Source: a virus. From it: 51,058 nucleotides of DNA. The position numbers and the translations under genes are program-made. The notes beneath the pieces were generated by a model that worked only from the letters and a program-made list of their open reading frames with translations, made no database searches and had not been told where the DNA came from. Below, piece by piece: positions 5,909-14,801 of this stretch (position 1 is the stretch's first letter; every line of letters begins with the position of its first letter). The stretch covers positions 1 to 51,058 of the IMG/VR virus record IMGVR_UViG_3300015203_000011; one strand, written 5' to 3'.

Positions 5909-5950
5909 CCGGCATTTTTCCCATATAAATATGGAAATTGCCGGTTTTTT
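5909..5950 (+). terminator. Intrinsic terminator-like hairpin plus T6
   Basis: CCGGCA at 5909-5914 pairs with TGCCGG at 5939-5944 and is followed by TTTTTT at 5945-5950. Confidence 0.5.
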
Positions 5951-5972
5951 CGTATTAGAGAGTGGATTATAC

Positions 5973-6001
5973 TTGACTTTGAAAGAGTTCAAGAGTATGA
6001 T
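5973..6001 (+). promoter_or_regulatory. Promoter TTGACT-17-TATGAT
   Basis: Spacing counted directly. It precedes the ATG at 6059. Confidence 0.55.
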
Positions 6002-6058
6002 AGTCTCAAATACTGGAAATCTTGTTTCCAATGAATACTTAAAAACAAAGAGAATATT

Positions 6059-6280
6059 ATGAAAGAAGTCGATGGAGAGAAGCTTAAAGAACAGATATTC
6101 TTAACAGAATTAGCATTAGATATCAACTACGCCGAATTAGAAGTAATATGTAAACATCTAAAAGAGTATAATTCATCCTCCTTAGCTAAAAAAAATCGAG
6201 ACTTCATGCTTAGGGTAAAAATAGCGAAAAATAATGCAAAGTTACAAAAACTAAAAACACTTCACGATCCATACGTATAG
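6059..6280 (+). CDS. Hypothetical protein
   Basis: 73-aa ORF. Confidence 0.5.
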   Translation: MKEVDGEKLKEQIFLTELALDINYAELEVICKHLKEYNSSSLAKKNRDFMLRVKIAKNNAKLQKLKTLHDPYV

Positions 6281-6296
6281 TAATACAAAAGATAAA

Positions 6297-6524
6297 ATGC
6301 TGATTAATGAACTTCCAGACCAACTAACTTTCGATGAGCTTGAATTGTTCATAGAAGACCTGCATTTTGAAGTGGAAGACTTTGATCGAAATCATGTAAT
6401 AGCATTTTGTTCACAGTTTCCCGAGTTGTATAGCATTAGTAATTCCCCTCAAATAGCACTGCGAGATAGCTTAGCCCAAGTCGAGAACTTCTTGTATACA
6501 ATTTATGGATTCATACCAAGTTGA
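6297..6524 (+). CDS. Hypothetical protein
   Basis: 75-aa acidic ORF. Confidence 0.5.
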   Translation: MLINELPDQLTFDELELFIEDLHFEVEDFDRNHVIAFCSQFPELYSISNSPQIALRDSLAQVENFLYTIYGFIPS

Positions 6525-7978
6525 AAAAAGTAAATGCCATACAACTAGATGCAGAAATATGTAAACGCTCATTTAAAGAGTTTGTTAAGGGGGCATGGCC
6601 TACACTTGAACCCGGAAAACCATTTGTTGATAACTTCCACATTGATGCGATATGTAATCATCTCGAGGCAGTCTATAATGGTGATATGAAACGTCTTGTA
6701 ATTAACGTTCCACCAGGGTTCATGAAAAGTCTACTTGTATCCGTAATGTTCACTGGATGGGTTTGGACGACCAAACCACACATGAAGATCGGTGTGCTTT
6801 GCTATAATGCCGCTCTTTCAGTAGATAGCCAAGAAAAATTAATGTCACTGATAGAAAGTGACTGGTATCAAATTAGGTTCGGTTCAGTATTCCAACCGAA
6901 CAAAGAAACATGGAACAAAACAAAACTGATAAATGATAAAATGGGAGTTCGTACTTCAGGAAGTCTTTATGGGTCATTAACGGGGAGACATTGGGACATA
7001 ATTGTAATAGATGATCCAATCAAAGCAGGCGATGCAATGGGTTCTGCGGGTGAGTTAAAGACCATGCTTGAAAAATGCTCTACGTCATTCATCGGCACTG
7101 TTCGTTCACGCTTAACAGATGCAAAAACCACATCAATCATTTTGGTGATGCAGAGATTAAGTGAAATAGACTTGAGTGGAGTTCTACTTGAATCAGGATA
7201 TGACCATCTCTGCTTCCCAGTCTACTTTGTTGAAGGTAGATACACTAGCAATCGTCTAGGACGGTATGATCCACGAACAAAAGATGGCGAACTCCTCTGG
7301 CCCGAAAGATTCCCAGAAGAACATTTAAAATCTGAACAACTTGCAATAGGGCCATATACATTTGCATCGCAATATCAGCAACAACCGATTCCGATTTTAG
7401 GATCGATCATTAAACGCGAATGGATACATTACTGGACCGAACTTCCCAGAAACCAAGTGCAAATGATTCAATCCTGGGACACTACACTCTCTAATTCCAG
7501 TACAAGTGACTACGTCGTAGGTCAAGTCTGGTTGAAACACCAAAGTGGATTTTACTTATTAGATCAAGTCAGAGCCCGAATGGATTTTGAACAAACTAAA
7601 AATGCCATAAAAATGCTTTCAGCGAAATGGCCTAAAGCCATGACCAAGTATATTGAAAATAAGGCATCCGGACCTGACGTAATCAACAGCCTCAAAAAAG
7701 AAGGCGTAATCGGTCTAATTCCGGTTAAGATCGGAAGTTCAGATAAGGAACAACGATTAGTAGCCGTAAGCGGCCTGTTCGCGGCCGGAAACGTTTTTTT
7801 ACCACCCGCAGATAAATGCAGTTGGGTGCTGGATTACGTAACAGAACTATGCGGCTTTCCTAAAGGTTCAAAGAATGACGACCAAGTGGATGCTACATCA
7901 CAAGCCCTAATACAATTACATAAACGATCTTTACATACTATAACAGAAAACCTTAGAAGCATGATGAGTTGGAGATAA
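6521..7978 (+). CDS. terL: Terminase large subunit
   Basis: ATPase-like VINVPPGFMKSLL and IIVIDDP, plus a C-terminal nuclease-like DDQVDATSQAL. It sits immediately upstream of the portal gene. TTG start. Confidence 0.85.
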   Translation: MKKVNAIQLDAEICKRSFKEFVKGAWPTLEPGKPFVDNFHIDAICNHLEAVYNGDMKRLVINVPPGFMKSLLVSVMFTGWVWTTKPHMKIGVLCYNAALSVDSQEKLMSLIESDWYQIRFGSVFQPNKETWNKTKLINDKMGVRTSGSLYGSLTGRHWDIIVIDDPIKAGDAMGSAGELKTMLEKCSTSFIGTVRSRLTDAKTTSIILVMQRLSEIDLSGVLLESGYDHLCFPVYFVEGRYTSNRLGRYDPRTKDGELLWPERFPEEHLKSEQLAIGPYTFASQYQQQPIPILGSIIKREWIHYWTELPRNQVQMIQSWDTTLSNSSTSDYVVGQVWLKHQSGFYLLDQVRARMDFEQTKNAIKMLSAKWPKAMTKYIENKASGPDVINSLKKEGVIGLIPVKIGSSDKEQRLVAVSGLFAAGNVFLPPADKCSWVLDYVTELCGFPKGSKNDDQVDATSQALIQLHKRSLHTITENLRSMMSWR

Positions 7979-7979
7979 A

Positions 7980-9401
7980 ATGACCGAAATCAAAAAGAAA
8001 ACCCCAGGCGAAAAAGTTAAACGTTTTAAACAACGTTTCGATAGTTACTCCAACCCATTGACCGGTATTGGTTTCGCAGGACGAGATAAACTTCTAGCTA
8101 GTCAATTCTACCGTACTGATAAAATGAACGACGATGTTCTAGAAAACATGTATCATGACAATGACATTGCCGCCCGCGTGTGTGATGCTATCCCAGACCA
8201 TATTCTTAGACAAGGCTTCGATATTATAGTTGGAACCGAAACCTATAGCGATGATCTAGAAGATCTTCGCGATAATAATGAAGACCAAGTAAAATATGCC
8301 GATCAAGTCAATAAATTATTGATGCAACTTGATGAACTAGAAGCAAAAGAAAAGATAACTGATGCACTAGTCTGGGCTAACGTATTCGGCGGTTGCGCTA
8401 TCTATGTAGGTGTAGATGACGGCCGAGCACAAGACCAACCTATTGATATGAATAACATTAAAAATGTTACTTTTCTAAAGGTTGTTGATAAGCGATACAT
8501 TTTCCCAACACAATTCTACGAAGACCCATTGGATCCTAAGTTTGCGCAACCTCTTATCTACACCGTGTTCCCAGCTAGTAACACTTTAGCAGATGTTACT
8601 TTACAGAATTACGAAGCTCAAGTCCACGAATCGCGTATCATTCCATTCTATGGGACTCGTACCTCCAATAGACGAAGTCGCGAAAATCGAGGTTGGGCAG
8701 AATCAATACTCCAAAAACTTGATGAGGTGCTTCGTCAATTCTCAGTCAGTTGGCAATCAACCGCTCACCTTATGCAAGATGCTGCTCAGGCAGTCTTTAA
8801 AATGTATGGTGTAGTTGAATCTATGAGTGCCAACATGCCAGACTACCGAGCTAATCGACTCGCTGATATGGACATGAATCGTTCAAACGTCAGAACCATT
8901 CTAGTGGATGCCGAACTAGGCGAAGATTTTAGACGAGATACCTACTCATTCAATGGTATTCCACAAATCCTCGAACTGTTCATGTCACGTCTCGCAGCGG
9001 CAGTCGATATTCCAGTGACCTTGCTTTTCGGTATCTCACCTGGCGGACTTAATGCCACTGGCGAAAGCGAAATGCGAATTTTCTACGATAGGATTAAAGC
9101 CGCCCAAAAATATAAGGTCAAACCAAAAATTGAATATATTCTTCGCTTACTTATGTTAGCACGAAAAGGACCAATGAAGGGCAAAGAGTTCGATGTATGG
9201 TCAGTAAGTTTTCCATCACCATGGCAATCAACGGATCTTGAAAAGAGTGAGATCCACAAGAATAAAGCCATGACCAAAAAGCTACTTGCTGAGGCAGATG
9301 CTATTGAACACGGACGAATTCCAGTACCGGGGGATAAACTATCCGCTCCACCAAATAACAAACCAATTCCTACGGACTTAAACGAAACATCTAAAAAGTA
9401 G
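7980..9401 (+). CDS. Portal protein (DUF1073-like)
   Basis: 473 aa, directly after terL, with portal-like composition. Confidence 0.75.
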   Translation: MTEIKKKTPGEKVKRFKQRFDSYSNPLTGIGFAGRDKLLASQFYRTDKMNDDVLENMYHDNDIAARVCDAIPDHILRQGFDIIVGTETYSDDLEDLRDNNEDQVKYADQVNKLLMQLDELEAKEKITDALVWANVFGGCAIYVGVDDGRAQDQPIDMNNIKNVTFLKVVDKRYIFPTQFYEDPLDPKFAQPLIYTVFPASNTLADVTLQNYEAQVHESRIIPFYGTRTSNRRSRENRGWAESILQKLDEVLRQFSVSWQSTAHLMQDAAQAVFKMYGVVESMSANMPDYRANRLADMDMNRSNVRTILVDAELGEDFRRDTYSFNGIPQILELFMSRLAAAVDIPVTLLFGISPGGLNATGESEMRIFYDRIKAAQKYKVKPKIEYILRLLMLARKGPMKGKEFDVWSVSFPSPWQSTDLEKSEIHKNKAMTKKLLAEADAIEHGRIPVPGDKLSAPPNNKPIPTDLNETSKK

Positions 9402-9430
9402 TTGACAAAAAGAAAATGTTGTACTACAAT
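9402..9430 (+). promoter_or_regulatory. Promoter TTGACA-17-TACAAT
   Basis: Perfect -35 and 17-bp spacer, counted directly. Confidence 0.7.
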
Positions 9431-9459
9431 AAAGAAGAAAACTAACGGAGATATCCTAA

Positions 9460-11175
9460 ATGAAGTTAAAATTACTCGTATCTGGTTTGTTGTTATTTTC
9501 TACAGCCAGTCTCGCGGTGTCGACAAACTACGAATTGAATGCCCAATCAAAAGCAGAATTGTCAGTGGTTAAATCTGCAGGTGGCGCAGAAAACGATATG
9601 TCAGTTTCTGGTAGCTATAGTGCAACAGCAGATCACACTTACGATGTTGTTATTCTAGATAATACCGGCCCATTTGATACCATTAAATGGAGAAAAGATG
9701 CAGGTTCATACGTAACTGGCGCCGCCATTAGTGGACAAGCAATTCCACTTGCAGATGGACTGAGTGTAAACTTTAGTAATCTTCATGGTCACGTCATTAA
9801 TGATTCGTGGCACGTCGTGGCACAACTGACCCAACTGCTTAAGTTGCTTGATGCAGCTGGAGTTGTTAAGCTATCACTCTCTAATGCAGGCGTGCTGGTT
9901 GTCAGTGGGGCAACAATGTCAGGTAGTAATAGTGGGGATGTAACACTAGGAACTGCAAATGGTTTGTCACTCAGTGGACAGATTCTTTCACTTCAAGTAG
10001 CATCAAATTCAGTCCCTGGCGCCCTGAGTGCAGCAGACCACACGACATTTGCAGCTACCAGCGCGGCGAATACTCTAGATGTGAGTCTGGGAACAAGTAA
10101 CGGATTGTCATTGACAGCTCAAACACTCTCACTAGTAGCAGCTACAGATTCAGTGCCAGGAGCACTTAGTGCTTCAGATCATGCCGCCTTTTCTGCGAAA
10201 CAAGCAGCTGGTAACTACATTACAGCGCTCACGGGTGATGTGACGGCCTCAGGCCCAGGTTCAGTCGCAGCAACTATTGCAAATGGCGCGGTCACTGGAG
10301 CCAAATTAGCAAGTAATATCGCAATCAACACGTCTGTCGATGCTGTAATCCACTCTCTAGCGATTGGTGAAGGCGCTGGTTCCATCACAGGTAACTCGGC
10401 CTTAGGTATTTCTGCACTGAATGTAAACACAACCGGAAATCACAATACAGGGCTTGGTTATCTTGCACTTCGTTTTAACACAACTGGGCAATATAACACG
10501 GGTGCAGGTTGGGGTGCACTTGGAAATGTCGTATCATCTACAGACAATACTGCATTTGGCGCAGCAGCCGGCCTTGGTATGACCTCTGGCGGAGACAACA
10601 CCCATGTTGGATCTACTGCCGGATACATGGGCACAACTGGAAGTAGCAATACATCCGAAGGGTATGCTGCATCATATTATAACGTTACAGGTAGTAATAA
10701 CGTTGGTATTGGAAGTTCGGCACTCTACGGGGTAACTGGAAACAGTCAATCAGGAAACGTAGCCGTAGGTTCAAGTGCCATGGTAGCAGTAACGACAGGT
10801 TCCAATAACGTAGTGATTGGGTTCAATGCTGGACTTATTTTAACAAGTGGTGGAACCAACGTATTAATCGGCCATGCGTCAAATGCAGCAGCTGCTACAG
10901 ACACAAATAGTATTGTTATTGGTGATAGTGCACTTGGACTTGGCTCTAATATCACAGTGTTAGGTAATTCCAGCACAGTTCAAACTCAGATCTTTGGAGC
11001 AGTAACACAGAACGTACTAACAGTAAAACCAAGCTGTGCTGCAGGCCTTGCTGGTGCTAGGATTGTCTATCGTAAAGGTTCCGGTGGTTCAGAAGCAACC
11101 TCTGTATGCGATTGCGTAGAAGTCACTGGTTCCTATGCATGGGCTGCAACAACGACCCTTGGCGATTGCACCTAA
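9460..11175 (+). CDS. Secreted repeat protein with fibre-like repeats and YadA-head-like Gly/Asn repeats
   Basis: Signal peptide MKLKLLVSGLLLFSTASLA. Two tandem ~42-aa repeats containing SVPGALSA(A/S)DH. Many NxxxG repeats such as NSIVIGDSALG. It has its own promoter and terminator. Confidence 0.7.
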   Translation: MKLKLLVSGLLLFSTASLAVSTNYELNAQSKAELSVVKSAGGAENDMSVSGSYSATADHTYDVVILDNTGPFDTIKWRKDAGSYVTGAAISGQAIPLADGLSVNFSNLHGHVINDSWHVVAQLTQLLKLLDAAGVVKLSLSNAGVLVVSGATMSGSNSGDVTLGTANGLSLSGQILSLQVASNSVPGALSAADHTTFAATSAANTLDVSLGTSNGLSLTAQTLSLVAATDSVPGALSASDHAAFSAKQAAGNYITALTGDVTASGPGSVAATIANGAVTGAKLASNIAINTSVDAVIHSLAIGEGAGSITGNSALGISALNVNTTGNHNTGLGYLALRFNTTGQYNTGAGWGALGNVVSSTDNTAFGAAAGLGMTSGGDNTHVGSTAGYMGTTGSSNTSEGYAASYYNVTGSNNVGIGSSALYGVTGNSQSGNVAVGSSAMVAVTTGSNNVVIGFNAGLILTSGGTNVLIGHASNAAAATDTNSIVIGDSALGLGSNITVLGNSSTVQTQIFGAVTQNVLTVKPSCAAGLAGARIVYRKGSGGSEATSVCDCVEVTGSYAWAATTTLGDCT

Positions 11176-11194
11176 TATAAACAGATAATAATAG

Positions 11195-11220
11195 AAAAGG
11201 GCGCATTTAGCGCCCTTTTT
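11195..11220 (+). terminator. Intrinsic terminator
   Basis: GGGCGC-ATTTA-GCGCCC followed by TTTTT. Confidence 0.8.
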
Positions 11221-11227
11221 GCATTAC

Positions 11228-11256
11228 TTGACAATTTATTGAAAGTATGGTATAAT
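11228..11256 (+). promoter_or_regulatory. Consensus promoter TTGACA-17-TATAAT
   Basis: Both hexamers are perfect. The -10 ends 6 nt before the ATG at 11263. Confidence 0.75.
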
Positions 11257-11262
11257 ATTCGC

Positions 11263-11481
11263 ATGCCACCAGTTCGTAAACCATTGGCTAAAAAAGCCAG
11301 CTTATTTATTAGATACCCAGTGCCAGTATTGGCAGTAAGTACTCTTGTAAGCATGTTTGTAACGATGGGCGCTGTGTGGGGAAATTGGACAAGTAGAGTT
11401 GTTTCTTTAGAGGATCAAATCCATAAAGTTGAACAAAAACTGGATGTTATATCCAATAAGATAGACAATCTATCTCACTAA
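11263..11481 (+). CDS. 72-aa membrane-anchored coiled-coil protein, probably on a leaderless mRNA
   Basis: The ATG at 11263 sits at the expected transcription start with no SD upstream. The ORF-track TTG start at 11239 lies inside the promoter spacer. TM segment is VPVLAVSTLVSMFVTMGAVWG. Confidence 0.5.
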   Translation: MPPVRKPLAKKASLFIRYPVPVLAVSTLVSMFVTMGAVWGNWTSRVVSLEDQIHKVEQKLDVISNKIDNLSH

Positions 11482-11646
11482 GTCATCGTCCCAATTAATC
11501 GGATTATGCACGTCATCATCGATTGGCATAATAACAGCAACAATTTTATTGTAGCGTTTTATGTAAACTGGAATCTTCTGAATCTCGACTAGTTCGATAA
11601 CTTTCTTCCAGTGTTTACGAGCTTCAGTAATACTATAGATTATCAT
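11470..11646 (-). CDS. Phd/YefM-like antitoxin domain protein (58 aa), no adjacent toxin
   Basis: MIIYSITEARKHWKKVIELVEIQKIPVYIKRYNKIVAVIMPIDD fits the Phd/YefM N-terminal pattern. The internal ATG at 11646 is preferred. Confidence 0.6.
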   Translation of the reverse strand: MIIYSITEARKHWKKVIELVEIQKIPVYIKRYNKIVAVIMPIDDDVHNPINWDDDLVR

Positions 11647-11718
11647 TGTACGCCTTTTAAAGGGTAGAAAATCGCATAAGTTCGCGATTTTTAACATTTA
11701 TTGAAAATAAATAAAATA

Positions 11719-13041
11719 ATGCCTTATAATTCTATATCACAACTTCCCGAAAATGTCAAGACTTCTTTGACACCCGAAGAAGAAAAACAATTTTTAGCAG
11801 TTTTCAACTCCGTCTTTGGACGACATGGCGATGAAACCTCAGCCTTTAAGGTTGCCTGGGCCGCTGTAAATAAGCCAAAGAAAAAGGATGCAATGGACGA
11901 AATAAGACGATACGACTCAGTTGCCTTTTCCTCAAAACCTACTAAAACGAGTCAAGGTTTTTTGAAGGTAAGTGCCAATCTGAGCCGAACAGGCGTTTTT
12001 GTATATACAAACGCAGACGGTTCCAAACGTAGGGAACTTAGACATCCAGACGAAGTCTTCAAAACTGAAGTCATGGATTCGCTTCAAAGTGCTCCCGTAA
12101 CCTTCGGTCACCCAACAGACGGTAAAGATTACGTTCTAGTGAACTCAAAGAATTCGAAAAAATATACTGTTGGTATGCTCGGCGAAGAAATCAAACGAGA
12201 TGATAATTTCATCTCAGGTGGCATCACCATTATGGATTCAGAAGCAATCGAAGCCGTAGAAAAAGGTCACCGCAGAGAAATTTCCCTAGGGTACACCTGC
12301 GACCTGATCCCAGAATCCGGGGAATTCAATGGCGAAAAGTACGATTGCCGACAAACAAATATCTCTTATAACCATGCAGCCATTGTCCCACGTGGGCGAG
12401 CTGGCGCTGAAGTGGCTATAAGGATGGACTCCCAGGATGCGTGCACCGAGTACGTAACCGAAATAAACCTAAATGAGGAAGTAAAAATGGAAACCCAAAC
12501 GTTACATGTGGATGGAGTAGATTACGATCTACCTAAATCAACATCGCAAGCGATTGAGTTGGCCCTTAACAACCGATCCAAAGAACTGGCTGACATTAAA
12601 GCTGAATTGGATTCGACTAAAGGTCAGTTCGATGCAATGAAAGACGAACTCGCAAAGGCCAATCAATCCCGTGCCGATGCAGAAGATCCGAAACGCATTC
12701 AAGAAGCAGTGACCGCTCGTGTTGAGTTGTTGTCGAAAGCTTCAAAAGTTCTTGGAAATACGAATGATTTATCAGCACTTAATGATCGACAGGTCAAAGA
12801 AGCTGTTATTTTGAACGCAAGTCCAGATACGAAATTCGATTCACTTAGTGATGATTATGTAAATGGAAGATTCGACATGGTTGTTGAATCGCATAAAGCA
12901 ACTACGGAATCCCTTGCAAACGCCCGTCGGGCGGTCGATACTGCCGCTAGTGGTTCTGCTGATAAAGCAACGCCAGCTCAGGCCCGACAAGTCAAGCTAG
13001 ACGCTTATGCGAATGCTTGGAAAAAAACTTTAAATAAATAG
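11719..13041 (+). CDS. Head scaffold/maturation protein: ChaB-like N-terminus, DUF2213-like core, coiled-coil C-terminus
   Basis: LPENVKTSLTPEEEKQFLAVFNSV...AFKVAWAAVNK is ChaB-like. RRYDSVAF..GFLKV..RTGVFVY..RHPDEVF..PVTFGHP is DUF2213-like. Confidence 0.65.
   Translation: MPYNSISQLPENVKTSLTPEEEKQFLAVFNSVFGRHGDETSAFKVAWAAVNKPKKKDAMDEIRRYDSVAFSSKPTKTSQGFLKVSANLSRTGVFVYTNADGSKRRELRHPDEVFKTEVMDSLQSAPVTFGHPTDGKDYVLVNSKNSKKYTVGMLGEEIKRDDNFISGGITIMDSEAIEAVEKGHRREISLGYTCDLIPESGEFNGEKYDCRQTNISYNHAAIVPRGRAGAEVAIRMDSQDACTEYVTEINLNEEVKMETQTLHVDGVDYDLPKSTSQAIELALNNRSKELADIKAELDSTKGQFDAMKDELAKANQSRADAEDPKRIQEAVTARVELLSKASKVLGNTNDLSALNDRQVKEAVILNASPDTKFDSLSDDYVNGRFDMVVESHKATTESLANARRAVDTAASGSADKATPAQARQVKLDAYANAWKKTLNK
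11731..11759 (-). promoter_or_regulatory. Candidate promoter TTGACA-17-TATAGA for the Phd-like gene
   Basis: The reverse complement of 11754-11759 is TTGACA and of 11731-11736 is TATAGA. Confidence 0.5.
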
Positions 13042-13050
13042 GAGATTATT

Positions 13051-13842
13051 ATGGCTCAACTTTCATATAGCCTAAATCCTTCCGTAGCCTACGAAGGTGG
13101 ACTTGCGGATCAAGGGTTTAAAGATGTTATTTCGAAAATTAACAGCACCAACGAACTGATCCTTGTTACAGTAGTCAATGCTGTGAATAGTGCAGTTTAT
13201 ACCATTAATGTCAATGATGGCATTAATGCAGCTGCTAATGCAACTTATACCGCAGACGGTTCTGCTACCAAAACTGAAGCTGTTAACGGCCTCATTTCTG
13301 CAATCAATGCTCTTGCATTGAAAGTGAAATGCACCGTTGTCTCGTTGACCGGTGGTACTTTCAATGTTGAATTGGAAGATGAATCAGCAGCGGGTTCGCT
13401 TACCTTGCTTTCGACTGGTGATACACCTTCAGACGTAACTTTCAGCGTGAAAGTTGCTCAAGGTCAAGAAATCCCATTCGGTCGTTTCGTCTGTTTAGAT
13501 GAAGCACGCGGTGACGGTTTCGCACGACTTCCCCGCGTAAGTGGTGATGTTGGTGGTTTGACCTTCGGTGTTGTTCTTGCTGCTTCAGCACGTCAACCCA
13601 ATGCGGGTGGTTTCCCACACGCAAGCGTTTTGCCAGTGTTGAACAAAGGCCGAGTCTGGATGCGCGTTGAAGACGTTGCAACTGTTGGCGCTGCCGTTTA
13701 TGTCCGCTACACCGCAAATGGTGCAGGTCTTCCAGGTATGGTCCGTTCAGACGGTGATTCCAGTAAAGCTGCAGCCCTTGCTAAAGCAACCTTCAAATCA
13801 AGTGGCGGTGCTGGCGCACTAGTCATCGTTGAATTGGCTTAA
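13051..13842 (+). CDS. Putative head decoration/cement protein
   Basis: Lies between the scaffold and major capsid genes. Ala/Gly/Val-rich. Confidence 0.4.
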   Translation: MAQLSYSLNPSVAYEGGLADQGFKDVISKINSTNELILVTVVNAVNSAVYTINVNDGINAAANATYTADGSATKTEAVNGLISAINALALKVKCTVVSLTGGTFNVELEDESAAGSLTLLSTGDTPSDVTFSVKVAQGQEIPFGRFVCLDEARGDGFARLPRVSGDVGGLTFGVVLAASARQPNAGGFPHASVLPVLNKGRVWMRVEDVATVGAAVYVRYTANGAGLPGMVRSDGDSSKAAALAKATFKSSGGAGALVIVELA

Positions 13843-13853
13843 GGAGAATTATC

Positions 13854-14789
13854 ATGAGTGAAATTAGAAATGACGCTAATGAGGTAGCCTTTTTGGCACT
13901 TCAACTCGAGTTCATGCGTCAAAGAGAAATTGAAATCGAGTACGCCCTCCCCAAAGCACTCTCATTTGTAAGTGTGAAATCCGACGTGCCAGCTGGTGCC
14001 GAAGCTTTTGCTTACTATGAACTGGACAAACGTGCTGAAGCAGCATGGTTGGCCAACGGCGCAACGGACATTCCACTTGCAGACGTGTCAGGCGCTAAAA
14101 AAGTATCGCCTTTGGCTCGTATGGCTTCAGGTTATCGTTATACGTTTGATGACGTTCAACGTGCTCTTATGGCAGGTTTGAACTTAGATCAAAAACGTCG
14201 TGACGCTGCCCGTGATGCACTTAATCGCAAAATGGACTCAGTTGCCGCTCTTGGTGATGTTGAATTGGGTTTCCCAGGTCTTTTGAATCATCCAAACGTC
14301 CCAGTGTTGTCAGCAGCCGCTGCAGCGGCTGGTTCGCATGCTAAACCATGGGATGGCGCTGATAAAGTTCCATTGGAAATCCTTGCTGACATGAATGCAT
14401 TGGTAAACAAAATTGCAGATCAAACCCTTGATTTGCATGCAGCCAATGTTCTTTTGTTGCCATCAACCCACTATCGTTTGATCAGTGATACCCCGCTTGC
14501 TGCTAACGGATACAACTCTGACAGCATCTTGAATGCTTTCAAGAAGAACCATCCCGAAGTTTCAGTTTTGCCATGGATCTTGTTGGCAAATGCTGATGCA
14601 GCCGGAACTGGCCAACGCGCAATGGCTTACGAAATGAGTCCTAATAACATGGAATTCGTTGTCGCTGATCCAATCTCTGAAGATGCTCCGGAACGCAAAG
14701 GTCGATCCTATGAAATCGCTATGACTGCTAAAGTCGGTGGTTGCGTAGTGTATCGTCCTCTCGCCGCTGCCTATATGGATCTTATCTAA
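13854..14789 (+). CDS. Major capsid protein (DUF2184-type)
   Basis: FLALQLEFMRQREIEIEY, GYRYTFDDVQRA and GFPGLLNHPNV match the family pattern as I recall it. Confidence 0.8.
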   Translation: MSEIRNDANEVAFLALQLEFMRQREIEIEYALPKALSFVSVKSDVPAGAEAFAYYELDKRAEAAWLANGATDIPLADVSGAKKVSPLARMASGYRYTFDDVQRALMAGLNLDQKRRDAARDALNRKMDSVAALGDVELGFPGLLNHPNVPVLSAAAAAAGSHAKPWDGADKVPLEILADMNALVNKIADQTLDLHAANVLLLPSTHYRLISDTPLAANGYNSDSILNAFKKNHPEVSVLPWILLANADAAGTGQRAMAYEMSPNNMEFVVADPISEDAPERKGRSYEIAMTAKVGGCVVYRPLAAAYMDLI

Positions 14790-14801
14790 ATCGAGTAGCA
14801 A

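Noticed and set aside
5862-6062. Listed 66-aa ORF
   Set aside because: It contains a terminator-like hairpin with a T6 run and a TTGACT-17-TATGAT promoter. It is more likely an inter-operon spacer.
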